NCBI GenBank assembly: GCA_029261055.1
Contig: JAJDCA010000003.1
Coordinates: 3,641 to 67,640, forward strand
Length of the DNA: 64,000 nt
Reading direction: 5' to 3'
From: Candidatus Omnitrophota bacterium
GTDB lineage: Bacteria; Omnitrophota; Gorgyraeia; Zapsychrales; Zapsychraceae
In this document: one piece after another, positions 8,169-17,598 of the stretch
How the letters are laid out: every line of letters starts with the position of its first letter
How positions within the stretch are numbered: position 1 is the stretch's first letter
The notes under the pieces: model-generated
Database searches by the model: none
What the model saw: the letters and a program-made list of their open reading frames with translations, nothing else
Told to the model about the DNA's origin: nothing
Translations under genes and position numbers: made by a program

Positions 8169-10484
8169 TTATTTTTTATTTATTGAGTGGAGTGCTTTTA
8201 ATACTTTATCCGGTGTAAAGGGGAGTTCTTTTAATCGAATCCCAACAGCGTCTTCAATAGCATTCGCAATGGCCGCTGAAGTTGGTAAAAGTGAAGCCTC
8301 CCCCATGCCCTTGGCTCCAAATGGTCCATGAGGATCATTGGTCTCAATCAAAATACTTTCCATGGGAGGTATTCCGATAGATCGAGGTAATCGGTAATGG
8401 GCAAAATTGGCATTCGCCACATGGCCTTGTTTAAATTGCAAATTTTCCATAAAGGTGTAGCCGATACCCATAGCCAGAGAACCTTCGATTTGTCCTTCCA
8501 CGGATTGGGGATTAATGGCTTTACCAATATCATGAGCATCATATAATTTAAGAATTTTGACTTCACCGGTTTCTTTATTAACTTCTACTTCAGCAATTTG
8601 TGCTTCAAATCCATAACTGCCTGAAACATTCCCCTCCCCTGTTCTGAAATCAATCGGTGTTGTGTTGGGATTATAACTTCCCCGCCCCATGATTTGTTTT
8701 CCATAATTGAAGGAAAAGCATAATTCAACAGCTTTTTCAAAATTCATTAATGTTGTATTATTTTTTGTATTAATTACTTCTTCAGCTTTGATATCCAGGT
8801 CGTCTCGGTTGAGGTTGTGTTCTTTGGCGACAATTTCAAGAATTTGATTTTTGGCATCTCGAGCGGCAAGGATTGTGGCATTGCCTGAAATAAAGGTTAC
8901 GCGGCTCGCAAAGCTTCCGGTATCAAAAGGGGTTGTTTCCGTATCTCCCGATGTGCATTTTATACGATCGTAACTTACACCTAATTCTTGAGCGGCAATT
9001 TGGGAAAGGGCTGTGTTGGAACCCTGCCCTGTGTCTGCGGCTCCGGTAAAGAAATATACGGAGCAATCTTCTTCGACTTTAACAATAGAGCCTGCAGATT
9101 CATGCGATTTATACATCTTAGACCCCATGACATCCGCCGCAATGCCGATACCGATTCCACGACAGAGACTTTTTTGTTGGCCTCTCTTTTTATTCCATTC
9201 AGCTGCAGCCGTAGCTTTTTCAATACATTCACGTAAACCGTTTGAAGAAATTTTCATTTGATTAATAGTTGTCATGTTCGGGGTGGTGATATTTTTGAGG
9301 CGAAATTCTACGGGGTCCATATTAATACCTTTGGCCAGAAGATCCATGTGTGATTCAATCGCAAAACCTGCCTGCACCCCACCGAAGCCGCGCATAGCAC
9401 CGCTTATAGGCGTATTTGTGTATACCCTATACCCTGTGATACGGAAATGTTTGATTTGATAAACCATAAAAATTCGCATAATCGCAGCGGCTAAAACGGT
9501 TGGGCCATAACTGCAGTAGGCGCCCCCGTCAGCAATAACTTCACCAGTTATGGCTACAAGCGTACCGTCTTTTTTAACGCCGGACTTAATTTTGTATATA
9601 ATGCCATGCTTTCGTCGGGAGGCAATAAATTCTTCTTCGCGGCTGTACGTGATTTTGACCGGTAATCCTCCGGATTTTTTGGACAATAGACAGGCAGAAA
9701 AATCCATTGGTAACATTTCTAATTTGCTGCCAAATCCACCGCCGACAGACATTTTAATAACACGAATGTTATTGAGGTCCATTTTAAATGTTTTTGCCAG
9801 TGCTTCTCTGCATTTAAAAGGCGCTTGGCTGGAGGCCCATAAAGTGACCTTATTGGAAAATAATTCCCACTGTCCAACACACACATGCGGCTCCATGCAA
9901 GCATGATGAGCGGCTGGGGTGTAAAATGTATCTTCGCGGACGTAATCAGCTTCTTTTAAAGTTCGGTCAGGGTTTCCAAAATTAACCGGAAGAATAACGG
10001 CAATGTTGTTAAGGGATTCATGAATCTGTGGGGCATTTGGTTTCATGGCCTCTTGAACATCAAAAACAGCCGGTAAAATTTTATATTTAATATCAATTAA
10101 TTTAAGAGCCTCAAGGGCTGTTTCTTCATCAACGGCCGCTACGGCTCCAATTTCATCTCCAATGTAACGAACCTTTTCTGACTCCAAGGCCATTTGATCT
10201 ATGGTATGAGGAAAAAAGTGTTCGTTAGATCCAAATTTAATTTTGTCGGTGTCTTTGGCCGTAATAACCGCACGAACACCCGGTAAGGCCTCGGCTTTGG
10301 ATGTATCAATGCTTAGGATTTTGGCATGAGGATGCGGTGAGCGGATCATTTTGCCAACCAGCATATTGGCAAATCCAATATCGTAAACGTATTTTGCTTG
10401 GCCGGTAACCATTCCCTTTCCATCAATTCTAGGAACGCTTTTTCCAACAGGATCAGTATATTTTTTATCAATAGACTTCGGCAT
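8169..10484 (-). CDS. xanthine dehydrogenase/aldehyde oxidoreductase family molybdopterin-binding large subunit
   Basis: 771 aa, with a/b hammerhead and MoCo-binding domains (GGGFGSK, GQIEGS motifs). The CO-dehydrogenase AYRCSFR motif is absent. Confidence 0.9.
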   Translation of the reverse strand: MPKSIDKKYTDPVGKSVPRIDGKGMVTGQAKYVYDIGFANMLVGKMIRSPHPHAKILSIDTSKAEALPGVRAVITAKDTDKIKFGSNEHFFPHTIDQMALESEKVRYIGDEIGAVAAVDEETALEALKLIDIKYKILPAVFDVQEAMKPNAPQIHESLNNIAVILPVNFGNPDRTLKEADYVREDTFYTPAAHHACMEPHVCVGQWELFSNKVTLWASSQAPFKCREALAKTFKMDLNNIRVIKMSVGGGFGSKLEMLPMDFSACLLSKKSGGLPVKITYSREEEFIASRRKHGIIYKIKSGVKKDGTLVAITGEVIADGGAYCSYGPTVLAAAIMRIFMVYQIKHFRITGYRVYTNTPISGAMRGFGGVQAGFAIESHMDLLAKGINMDPVEFRLKNITTPNMTTINQMKISSNGLRECIEKATAAAEWNKKRGQQKSLCRGIGIGIAADVMGSKMYKSHESAGSIVKVEEDCSVYFFTGAADTGQGSNTALSQIAAQELGVSYDRIKCTSGDTETTPFDTGSFASRVTFISGNATILAARDAKNQILEIVAKEHNLNRDDLDIKAEEVINTKNNTTLMNFEKAVELCFSFNYGKQIMGRGSYNPNTTPIDFRTGEGNVSGSYGFEAQIAEVEVNKETGEVKILKLYDAHDIGKAINPQSVEGQIEGSLAMGIGYTFMENLQFKQGHVANANFAHYRLPRSIGIPPMESILIETNDPHGPFGAKGMGEASLLPTSAAIANAIEDAVGIRLKELPFTPDKVLKALHSINKK

Positions 10485-10963
10485 TAGTTAATTTTTTTGT
10501 TTTTTTCCTTCATTATTTTTCCTGCTTCTTGAATAGCTTCAAAAATTTTTGGATAACCAGCACATCGACAGAGATTGCCGTCTAAGGCATATTCAATTTC
10601 TTTTTGAGTCGGTTCAGGGTTTTGATCCAATAAAGCTTTAGAAGACATGATCATGCCTGGCATACAGAACCCACATTGAACAGCTCCTTGATCTAAATAA
10701 GCTTGTTGAATCGGATGAAGCTGATTTCCGTCAGCCAAACCTTCAATTGTCGTCACTTCTCCCCCATCTAATGAAGCCGCCAGTGTAATACATGCAAGGA
10801 TGGCTTTACCTTTAACCGTAACGGTACAGGCCCCGCACTCTGCTTCTTCGCACGCGGTTTTTGTCCCGGTCAGGCCTAAGTGATCTCTCAAGACTTCCAA
10901 GAGAGTTTCATGGCCTTTGAGGTCCAATTGATATTTTTGTGTATTGATGGTTAATGTAATCAT
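10484..10963 (-). CDS. [2Fe-2S]-binding small subunit of the xanthine-dehydrogenase-family enzyme
   Basis: CGACTV...C and QCGFCMPG...CRCAGY ferredoxin motifs. Confidence 0.9.
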   Translation of the reverse strand: MITLTINTQKYQLDLKGHETLLEVLRDHLGLTGTKTACEEAECGACTVTVKGKAILACITLAASLDGGEVTTIEGLADGNQLHPIQQAYLDQGAVQCGFCMPGMIMSSKALLDQNPEPTQKEIEYALDGNLCRCAGYPKIFEAIQEAGKIMKEKNKKIN

Positions 10964-11808
10964 TTTTTTTCTATAATTTTTTCAATGGCTTTTCGGATAC
11001 TTACCCGAAACATATGCTGTTTATATTCATCGCTGCGCGTATCATAAATGTCATCGGTGATATGGTCAAGAGCCGATTGGGGTGTTTCCTTTGAAGCCGT
11101 AGTGTTATTTAAGAAGTTTTCTAAAATATGATCGCGTTGAGCAAAGCCTATGCCATTATTTACCGCAACAATAGTATTATTAAATTGCCCACTATTAAAT
11201 TGTGTTTTTAAACATACGGTCAATAAAGGAATATCTACATGAATAGTTTTTTTAACGCGTTGATAAGATAAAGAAATGTTTTTGTCATGGGGGATAGAGA
11301 TTTGAAAAAGAATTTTACGTGTTTTTGCCCCTTTTTGAAAAAAATCTTCGGCGGGTATAATTTCTTCTTTGCCATCTTCTCCCATAAAATGAAGTTTAGC
11401 CTCTAGAGCCGTCATAATAGCCGGCATTTCGGTCCATGTATAACGACACGTTAAATTTCCTCCGATGGTGGCCATATTACGAATAGGTGTTGTCGAAATA
11501 TCTTGGGCCGCTATTTTGAGAATGGCTAGATTATCTGTTAGGTCTGGTGAATTTAAAAGTTCTGCGATCGTGGTCATGGATTTGATGACACATTGATTCT
11601 TATCTATATGGATTCCTTTTAAATTATCAATTTTGTTAAGGTTGATGATATGGCGAGGTGTTTTGTTACCTTTGCGTTTTAAAAGTTTGAGCGTATTAAA
11701 TAAAAATGTCCCTCCAGCCTGCAGCTTAACATGGTCAAGCTCTGCATAAAATTTGGCAGCCTCTGTGAGGGTTTTTGGTGAATGGAGTGTAAATGGATTT
11801 AAAAGCAT
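10960..11808 (-). CDS. FAD-binding medium subunit of the xanthine-dehydrogenase-family enzyme
   Basis: FAD-binding-5 domain (LQAGGTFLF, ATIGGNL). Confidence 0.85.
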   Translation of the reverse strand: MLLNPFTLHSPKTLTEAAKFYAELDHVKLQAGGTFLFNTLKLLKRKGNKTPRHIINLNKIDNLKGIHIDKNQCVIKSMTTIAELLNSPDLTDNLAILKIAAQDISTTPIRNMATIGGNLTCRYTWTEMPAIMTALEAKLHFMGEDGKEEIIPAEDFFQKGAKTRKILFQISIPHDKNISLSYQRVKKTIHVDIPLLTVCLKTQFNSGQFNNTIVAVNNGIGFAQRDHILENFLNNTTASKETPQSALDHITDDIYDTRSDEYKQHMFRVSIRKAIEKIIEKK

Positions 11809-11809
11809 T

Positions 11810-12490
11810 TTATAATAAGTTAATCACTTCTTTTGGTAATCGTTTTAATTCTTGATTGCCTAAAACTTTAATTGACCAGCGTAGAAGTTTTAATTTTTGT
11901 TTTAATTTTGGTCCTGGCTCGGTGATATTAGCCAGGCGTTTTCGCATTAAAAAAAGGATTTTACGTAAGGTATTAAAAATAATTCTGGCTTCTCGGGGAC
12001 GATTATGGCCATTATCTATGATAGCTTCAAGGTGCGCAAAGGCAATTTCATTAATGGTCTCATTGTAATGGTCGAGTTTTTGGATGAGGGCTGGAACCAT
12101 AGCTTTGAAATAATGGTACCGATCCATATGACATAAAGTATGCATAATTTCGATTTGTACAAATGGTGAATTTGCTCTGTTAAGTCGGCGGAGCAAAATT
12201 TTGATCACTTTCTTTTTTTCTTTTGAGAAAACTTCTTGACCGAACTTATCGTTAAAGACACGCACGGCGGCAGCTCCTTTGTAAGAACTGAGTGTGGTAT
12301 CTTTAATGATGGCTAAAAGGATTTCTTTGGGAAGGTCAGTGTACTTAGCTATGTAACCTTGTAGAAGCATCTTGTCATCGAAAATTGTGTAGGATTGTGG
12401 GTCTTGTGAAAATGCTATACGGGGAGATATAAGGCATAAAAAGATTGTTAATAATAAGGTTAGTTTTATAAAGCCAGGATATTTTTTCAT
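11810..12490 (-). CDS. hypothetical secreted protein
   Basis: Signal peptide. It is translationally coupled to nadC upstream and to the FAD subunit downstream. Confidence 0.4.
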   Translation of the reverse strand: MKKYPGFIKLTLLLTIFLCLISPRIAFSQDPQSYTIFDDKMLLQGYIAKYTDLPKEILLAIIKDTTLSSYKGAAAVRVFNDKFGQEVFSKEKKKVIKILLRRLNRANSPFVQIEIMHTLCHMDRYHYFKAMVPALIQKLDHYNETINEIAFAHLEAIIDNGHNRPREARIIFNTLRKILFLMRKRLANITEPGPKLKQKLKLLRWSIKVLGNQELKRLPKEVINLL

Positions 12491-13335
12491 TGTATAACCA
12501 TGGACACATCCACCGCTTGATGGGAATGTGTTAAGGCTCCGATTGAAATGCGATCAACCCCGGTTTTGGCGGCAGCGCGAACATTTTTAAGCGTAATCCC
12601 ACCTGAGGCTTCCAATAAAGGACGTTGCCCTTTGGGTAATTTTTTTGTGAGAACAACGGCTTGTTTCATTTGATGGCTAGACATATTATCCAGCAGAATA
12701 ATATCTGGATTTGCGTTTAAAGCATCTTTAAATTGTATGAGGTCGTCCACTTCTATTTCAATATATTTTTTTGTTTTTTGTCGAAGGGTATCAATAGCTT
12801 CTTGAATAGATAATTGAGGATAACACACTTGTAGATGGTTATCTTTGATAAGAACCATTTCACTCAGGTTCGTTCTGTGGCTCTTTCCTCCTCCGCATCG
12901 AACGGCATATTTTTCCAGTTCCCGTAGGCCAGGAGTTGTTTTGCGTGTATCCATAATTTTTGTTTTGAGTGGGTGTATTTTTTTAACAAAGGTATGTGTC
13001 TGTGTTGCAACACCGGAAAGGTAACTCAGAAAGTTCAAAGCCGTCCGTTCGGTTGTGAGTAGCGCGCGTGTATTTCCTTTAATTGAAGCAATTTGAGTGT
13101 TTTTTTGTACATAATCGCCATCTTTGGCTAATGCTTGAAATTGGATGTTTTTGTCCAGTTTTTGAAAAATTTTGCGGACAATGTCAGTACCGCAAATCAT
13201 AGCGGCCTGTTGAACAAGGATATAGGCTTCGGAAGTATGATTTTTAGGGACCAAACCGTTCGTTGTAATATCCTGGTCTGTTGCATCTTCTTCCAGTGCT
13301 TGAGAAATAATAAGATCACAATTTTTTAGATTCAT
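12487..13335 (-). CDS. nadC: nicotinate-nucleotide pyrophosphorylase (quinolinate phosphoribosyltransferase)
   Basis: QPRTase signature (TRKTTPGLR, CGGG.SHR, IKDNH). Confidence 0.9.
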   Translation of the reverse strand: MNLKNCDLIISQALEEDATDQDITTNGLVPKNHTSEAYILVQQAAMICGTDIVRKIFQKLDKNIQFQALAKDGDYVQKNTQIASIKGNTRALLTTERTALNFLSYLSGVATQTHTFVKKIHPLKTKIMDTRKTTPGLRELEKYAVRCGGGKSHRTNLSEMVLIKDNHLQVCYPQLSIQEAIDTLRQKTKKYIEIEVDDLIQFKDALNANPDIILLDNMSSHQMKQAVVLTKKLPKGQRPLLEASGGITLKNVRAAAKTGVDRISIGALTHSHQAVDVSMVIQ

Positions 13336-13403
13336 AGGAAGGAGATTATATTATCGCTCGAGGGTTGTTGCAAGGGAATTTTCGTGGATATACGGTTTTA
13401 TTT

Positions 13404-14612
13404 TTATTTGGAAATTATCTGTTTATTTTCAACAGGTGGTTGATTTTTTGGAATTTGAAATCGAAATATAGATCCTCCTTTAGGATTAGGTTCGGCCCAT
13501 ATTGTTCCATGATGATCAAAGATGATATTTTTTGCTATGGAGAGGCCTAATCCTGTGCCACCAGCACCTGTTTTAGATTTGCTACTTTGGACAAAGGCAT
13601 CAAAAATAATTTCATATTCAGTTTCAGGTATTCCTATCCCCTCATCAATTATAGAAACGATAAAATATTGATTATCTTGCGCGATTTCAACAAAGATTTT
13701 CTTTTTATTTTGTGAGAATTTAATAGCATTTGATAATAAGTTTTGCATAACTTGTATAATTTTATCTATGTCAATTGCGGCTGTGTCATTGAAATTTGGT
13801 TCTGTGAATTGAATAATTATTTCTTTTTCTTTGCATAATGATTTTGATTCAGTAATAATTTTCTTTATAGCAAGTGAAAGTTGAGTTTCTTGGAATTTAT
13901 ACACTATTTTTCCTGTCTCTAGTTTTGATAAATCTAATAATTCGTTAAGCAAGTCCAGTAAGTTTTCACCGCAGAGCTTAATTTCAGAAAAATATTTTTT
14001 TAATTTCTTTTTATCTATCCATTCGATACGATCCAAACCAAACTTAGCGAAACTTAAAATGCCGTGCAATGGAGTTCGTAGTTCATGGCTTATATTAGCC
14101 AGGAATTCTGATTTGGCTTGGTTGGCTTTTTCAGCGCGGATTTTTTCTTGCATAACTTGATGTGTGCGCTTTAAAACTTCTTTTTCGAATTGACTTTTGT
14201 ACTCTAGAAGTTCTTTTTTTCGTTCGTTTTCGATTTGTTGAGTTTTTTTATTTAATTCAACATATCGAATTGCTTTTTTAATAGTGTATTCAAGGATAAT
14301 GGGATCAAAGGGTTTAATCACAAAATCCAAAGCGCCTTTTTTTAATGCTTCTATGGCTAATTGTACGGTGCCTTCTGCTGTGATCATAATACATTTAAAA
14401 TCAAGGTTTATTTTATTTATGGCCTCAAGGGTCATTAATCCATCCATCTCTGGCATTCGTTGGTCAAGCAAAATAAGATCTGGAGATAAGTCTTTGAGGA
14501 TTTGAAGCGCTTCCATTCCGCTTTCAGCTTCAGAAACTTCATATTCATCAAGAGTGTATTTTATGAGGTGGCGATTATTTTTATCATCATCGACAATGAG
14601 TATTTTTTTCAT
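13404..14612 (-). CDS. hybrid response regulator-histidine kinase (N-terminal receiver + HisKA + HATPase_c)
   Basis: MKKILIVDDD...DLILLDQRMPEMDG receiver. H-box SHELRTPLHGI. G-box GTGLGLSIAK. Confidence 0.85.
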   Translation of the reverse strand: MKKILIVDDDKNNRHLIKYTLDEYEVSEAESGMEALQILKDLSPDLILLDQRMPEMDGLMTLEAINKINLDFKCIMITAEGTVQLAIEALKKGALDFVIKPFDPIILEYTIKKAIRYVELNKKTQQIENERKKELLEYKSQFEKEVLKRTHQVMQEKIRAEKANQAKSEFLANISHELRTPLHGILSFAKFGLDRIEWIDKKKLKKYFSEIKLCGENLLDLLNELLDLSKLETGKIVYKFQETQLSLAIKKIITESKSLCKEKEIIIQFTEPNFNDTAAIDIDKIIQVMQNLLSNAIKFSQNKKKIFVEIAQDNQYFIVSIIDEGIGIPETEYEIIFDAFVQSSKSKTGAGGTGLGLSIAKNIIFDHHGTIWAEPNPKGGSIFRFQIPKNQPPVENKQIISK

Positions 14613-14663
14613 AAAGATATTTATACGCGATGTTAGAAAATAAGAAATAGGGTGGGGTTGTTT

Positions 14664-15062
14664 TTAGCTATCTTTTTTCTTCTTTGAAGAGATTATTTTT
14701 AGAAGTTTTTCAATGTTTTTTTGTAAGGGTAATAGATTTTTTTCTTTGCGGGCTATAACCGCATTAGCGCCGTTTGTTTTGAATTGTGCAATTGTGTTTT
14801 CATCTGTAAAGAGTCCAATTTGAACTATGACTTTGGTGGAAGGTCTTAAGGAGGTAATTTTTTGACAGATTATTTGACTATCAGTATCAGGAAGCATAGC
14901 GCTGAGAATAACCAAGTCAGGTTTTTCTTGTTGAATCTTTTTTATGGATTCTATACCTGATCGAATTAAAGTAATTTTTTTAAATGTTAAGCCTTTAAGA
15001 AATGCAATCAATTTGTCGGCATAAACCGGATGAGCATCAATGATTAAAATTTTATCTTGCAT
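14664..15062 (-). CDS. degenerate (pseudo-)receiver domain protein lacking the phospho-acceptor Asp
   Basis: The receiver fold is recognisable, but IIDAH replaces the DD pocket and DLVILS replaces DxxxxD. Confidence 0.55.
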   Translation of the reverse strand: MQDKILIIDAHPVYADKLIAFLKGLTFKKITLIRSGIESIKKIQQEKPDLVILSAMLPDTDSQIICQKITSLRPSTKVIVQIGLFTDENTIAQFKTNGANAVIARKEKNLLPLQKNIEKLLKIISSKKKKDS

Positions 15063-15807
15063 TAGTCCTCCTCTTTTTTTTATTTTTGAGGGTTTTTTCC
15101 TTGGCGATATGGTTTCTGTATTCCATCGGGGTCTTTTTTTCTATACGTTTAAAAATACGCATAAAAGATTCGGCATTTTGATAGCCGAGTTGTAGGGATA
15201 TTTCATTAATATTGTATGAAGAATTTTTCAATAATGATTTAGCAATATCCATTTTAATCTTCAGTTTATATTCACGGAAGGTTGACCCATGTTTATCGTT
15301 AAACATACGACTTATATACTTGGGGCTAAGGCATAATTCATTAGCAATGTCTTTCAAAGAGACTTGGGATTGATTTCTTTCAATAAATCGTTTAATACGT
15401 GTTATTTTATTATCTGAATTCACGGGTTCGTTACGAAGATATTGATTATTTTTTAAAATTGTGTGAATTTTATGTTTAAGCTCTTCAAGCTCGAAAGGTT
15501 TCTCTAGAAAATCACTAGCTTGATATCTAAGAGCTTGAACAGCAATGTCCATCGAGCCATAAGCTGTAAGCATGATCACGGCAATATTTTTATTTATTTT
15601 TTTAACTTCATGTAATGCGTTAACACCATTCATTCCCGGCATCATAACATCCATTAGAATTAAATTTATTTCATGCGGCTTTCGGAGATAATTTAAGGCA
15701 TCTTGAGCGTTAGAAAAATCAATAATTTCATATTCTGCAAGGCCGACTTTAATGCTTCGAATGACACGAGAGTCATCATCAACAACCATAATTTTTTCTG
15801 AGAGCAT
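15052..15807 (-). CDS. response regulator with AraC-type HTH output domain
   Basis: Receiver (MVVDDD...LILMDVMMPGMNG) plus an AraC HTH C-terminus. The start was moved to MLSEK to limit overlap with the upstream kinase. Confidence 0.8.
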   Translation of the reverse strand: MLSEKIMVVDDDSRVIRSIKVGLAEYEIIDFSNAQDALNYLRKPHEINLILMDVMMPGMNGVNALHEVKKINKNIAVIMLTAYGSMDIAVQALRYQASDFLEKPFELEELKHKIHTILKNNQYLRNEPVNSDNKITRIKRFIERNQSQVSLKDIANELCLSPKYISRMFNDKHGSTFREYKLKIKMDIAKSLLKNSSYNINEISLQLGYQNAESFMRIFKRIEKKTPMEYRNHIAKEKTLKNKKKRRTNAR

Positions 15808-17587
15808 AAGAAGTCTCCTTTTCAGTAGTTGGAAGTTTTGTGATAAAAGAAATTGTGTTTTTGTTTTGGCAATCCATTCTAATTGTTCCACCGTGTTGTT
15901 TGATGATTTCTTTACATATTGAAAGGCCGAGGCCTAAACCATTTTGTTTTGTAGTGAAAAAAGGTTCAAAGCATTTTTGCAAGGATTCTGGATTAATTTT
16001 CTGAACTGCATTGGTAATTTTGATTTGGATACAGTCAGTTTTTTGTGATTTTGATTTTTGAGTGGTTTTTGCAGATAAATAAATAGACTTACCTTCATCT
16101 GCTGCTTCGATGGCATTAGTTATCAGGTTAATGAGGACTTGTTTTAATTTGCTCATATTACCGTGAATCTCTGGAAGATTATCTTTTATATTTATGTCAA
16201 AATGTAATTTTTTTTGTTTAAACCGTATTTTTGTTAATGAAATAATGTCATTAATTAAAGTATTGACGTTGAGTTTTTCCATAGGAAATTGTTGAGCTTT
16301 TGTATAATCACTTATATTTTGTAACATGGTTTTCCAGGAGTTTAGTTCTTTGGGGATTACTTGGGAAAAATCAGCAATAAATGCTTTTTCTTTATGTCGT
16401 TGCGGAAGCAAATGAATGTAAGTTTTAACAAGTACGAGTGAATTCTTCAGTTCGTGAGCAATAGCTGTGGTTGCTTTTCCAACAATGGATAACCTTTCCA
16501 TTTGTCGAGCTTTACGTAATTCGTCAGCCATTTTATTAAACGTGTTGAGAAATTTTCCAATTTCATCTTTACGTTGAATCGGGAATGTTTGGTTAAATTG
16601 TCCACGGGCTAATCGTTGGGTGCGTTCAATCACTTGATTCATGGGGCGGCTTATAAGGCGTGCTAACATAAGACTCAATATAATAGCAGCGAGGATACTT
16701 AAAAGAATAATGATCCATGATTGAGCCTGCATGATTTTGGAAAAGGCATAAGCTTCTTTAAGTGGTTGAAATATAACTAAACCCCAATTTATTTTTGGAA
16801 TTGGGGCGTAAGCAACCAACCAACGTTTTTTATGGTTATCTTTCATTTCACGACTTCCGGATAATCCACGAGAAAGTTCATCTGTGATGGCTGGATAAGG
16901 AGGTTTTGTATTTGTAAGGATTAGTTTTTTATCAGGATGGGCAATGAGTTGTCCCTTGTGGCCAATTAAATATACGCCGCAAGATTTACCGCAGTTAATA
17001 TTGTCAACAACATCCCACACTCTACGTAAGTTAACATCGGCGATAAGAACTCCCTTAATTTTTCCAAGATTTTTTATTGGTACGCCCAAAGTCATTAGTG
17101 GCGTACGATTTTTTGAAATCCGAACATCGGAAACGTAAATTTTTCCTTGGATTGTGTCTAAAAATTCAGGGTCCTCACTGCGATCTGTCAGAGGTGTACC
17201 TAGCTCGGAGGAGCAGATTTCGTGTCCATTTTGATCAACGGAGGCAATGCGGCCAAAGATAGGATATTTTAACGCAAGTTCTACAATGGTTGTTTCTTGT
17301 CGCCAAGGATCTGCGTGTAATGTTCCAAGAATAGCGGCTATTGTTTCCAATGCTTTACGAGGCGATTCAATAAATTCTTTTAATTCTCCTGTGGCGTGAA
17401 TGGCTATTTCTTTATGATCATTTAATATAGATGTTTTTAATGCTTTTTGACTTGTTTGAATAAGGATAAAACCTAAGGTAATTAAGGGGATAATTACAAG
17501 AAGTAGCAACAGAACAAAAATTTGTTGCCAAATACGTTTGGGGGTAATTTTTTGATGAAAAGATTGAATAAAATATGAAAATGACAT
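15779..17587 (-). CDS. membrane sensor histidine kinase with periplasmic Cache-type domain, HAMP, HisKA and HATPase_c
   Basis: Two TM helices flank a ~250-aa extracytoplasmic domain. H-box AHELKNSL. G-box GLGLGLSICK. Confidence 0.85.
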   Translation of the reverse strand: MSFSYFIQSFHQKITPKRIWQQIFVLLLLLVIIPLITLGFILIQTSQKALKTSILNDHKEIAIHATGELKEFIESPRKALETIAAILGTLHADPWRQETTIVELALKYPIFGRIASVDQNGHEICSSELGTPLTDRSEDPEFLDTIQGKIYVSDVRISKNRTPLMTLGVPIKNLGKIKGVLIADVNLRRVWDVVDNINCGKSCGVYLIGHKGQLIAHPDKKLILTNTKPPYPAITDELSRGLSGSREMKDNHKKRWLVAYAPIPKINWGLVIFQPLKEAYAFSKIMQAQSWIIILLSILAAIILSLMLARLISRPMNQVIERTQRLARGQFNQTFPIQRKDEIGKFLNTFNKMADELRKARQMERLSIVGKATTAIAHELKNSLVLVKTYIHLLPQRHKEKAFIADFSQVIPKELNSWKTMLQNISDYTKAQQFPMEKLNVNTLINDIISLTKIRFKQKKLHFDINIKDNLPEIHGNMSKLKQVLINLITNAIEAADEGKSIYLSAKTTQKSKSQKTDCIQIKITNAVQKINPESLQKCFEPFFTTKQNGLGLGLSICKEIIKQHGGTIRMDCQNKNTISFITKLPTTEKETSYALRKNYGC

Positions 17588-17598
17588 GTAACATTATA

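Noticed and set aside
15779-15891. 113-nt overlap between the histidine kinase ORF and the AraC-regulator ORF, considered as gene fusion or frameshift
   Set aside because: The two are in different frames, each with complete domains. An internal Met (MLSEK) with a plausible start reduces the overlap to about 29 nt, which is ordinary translational coupling.
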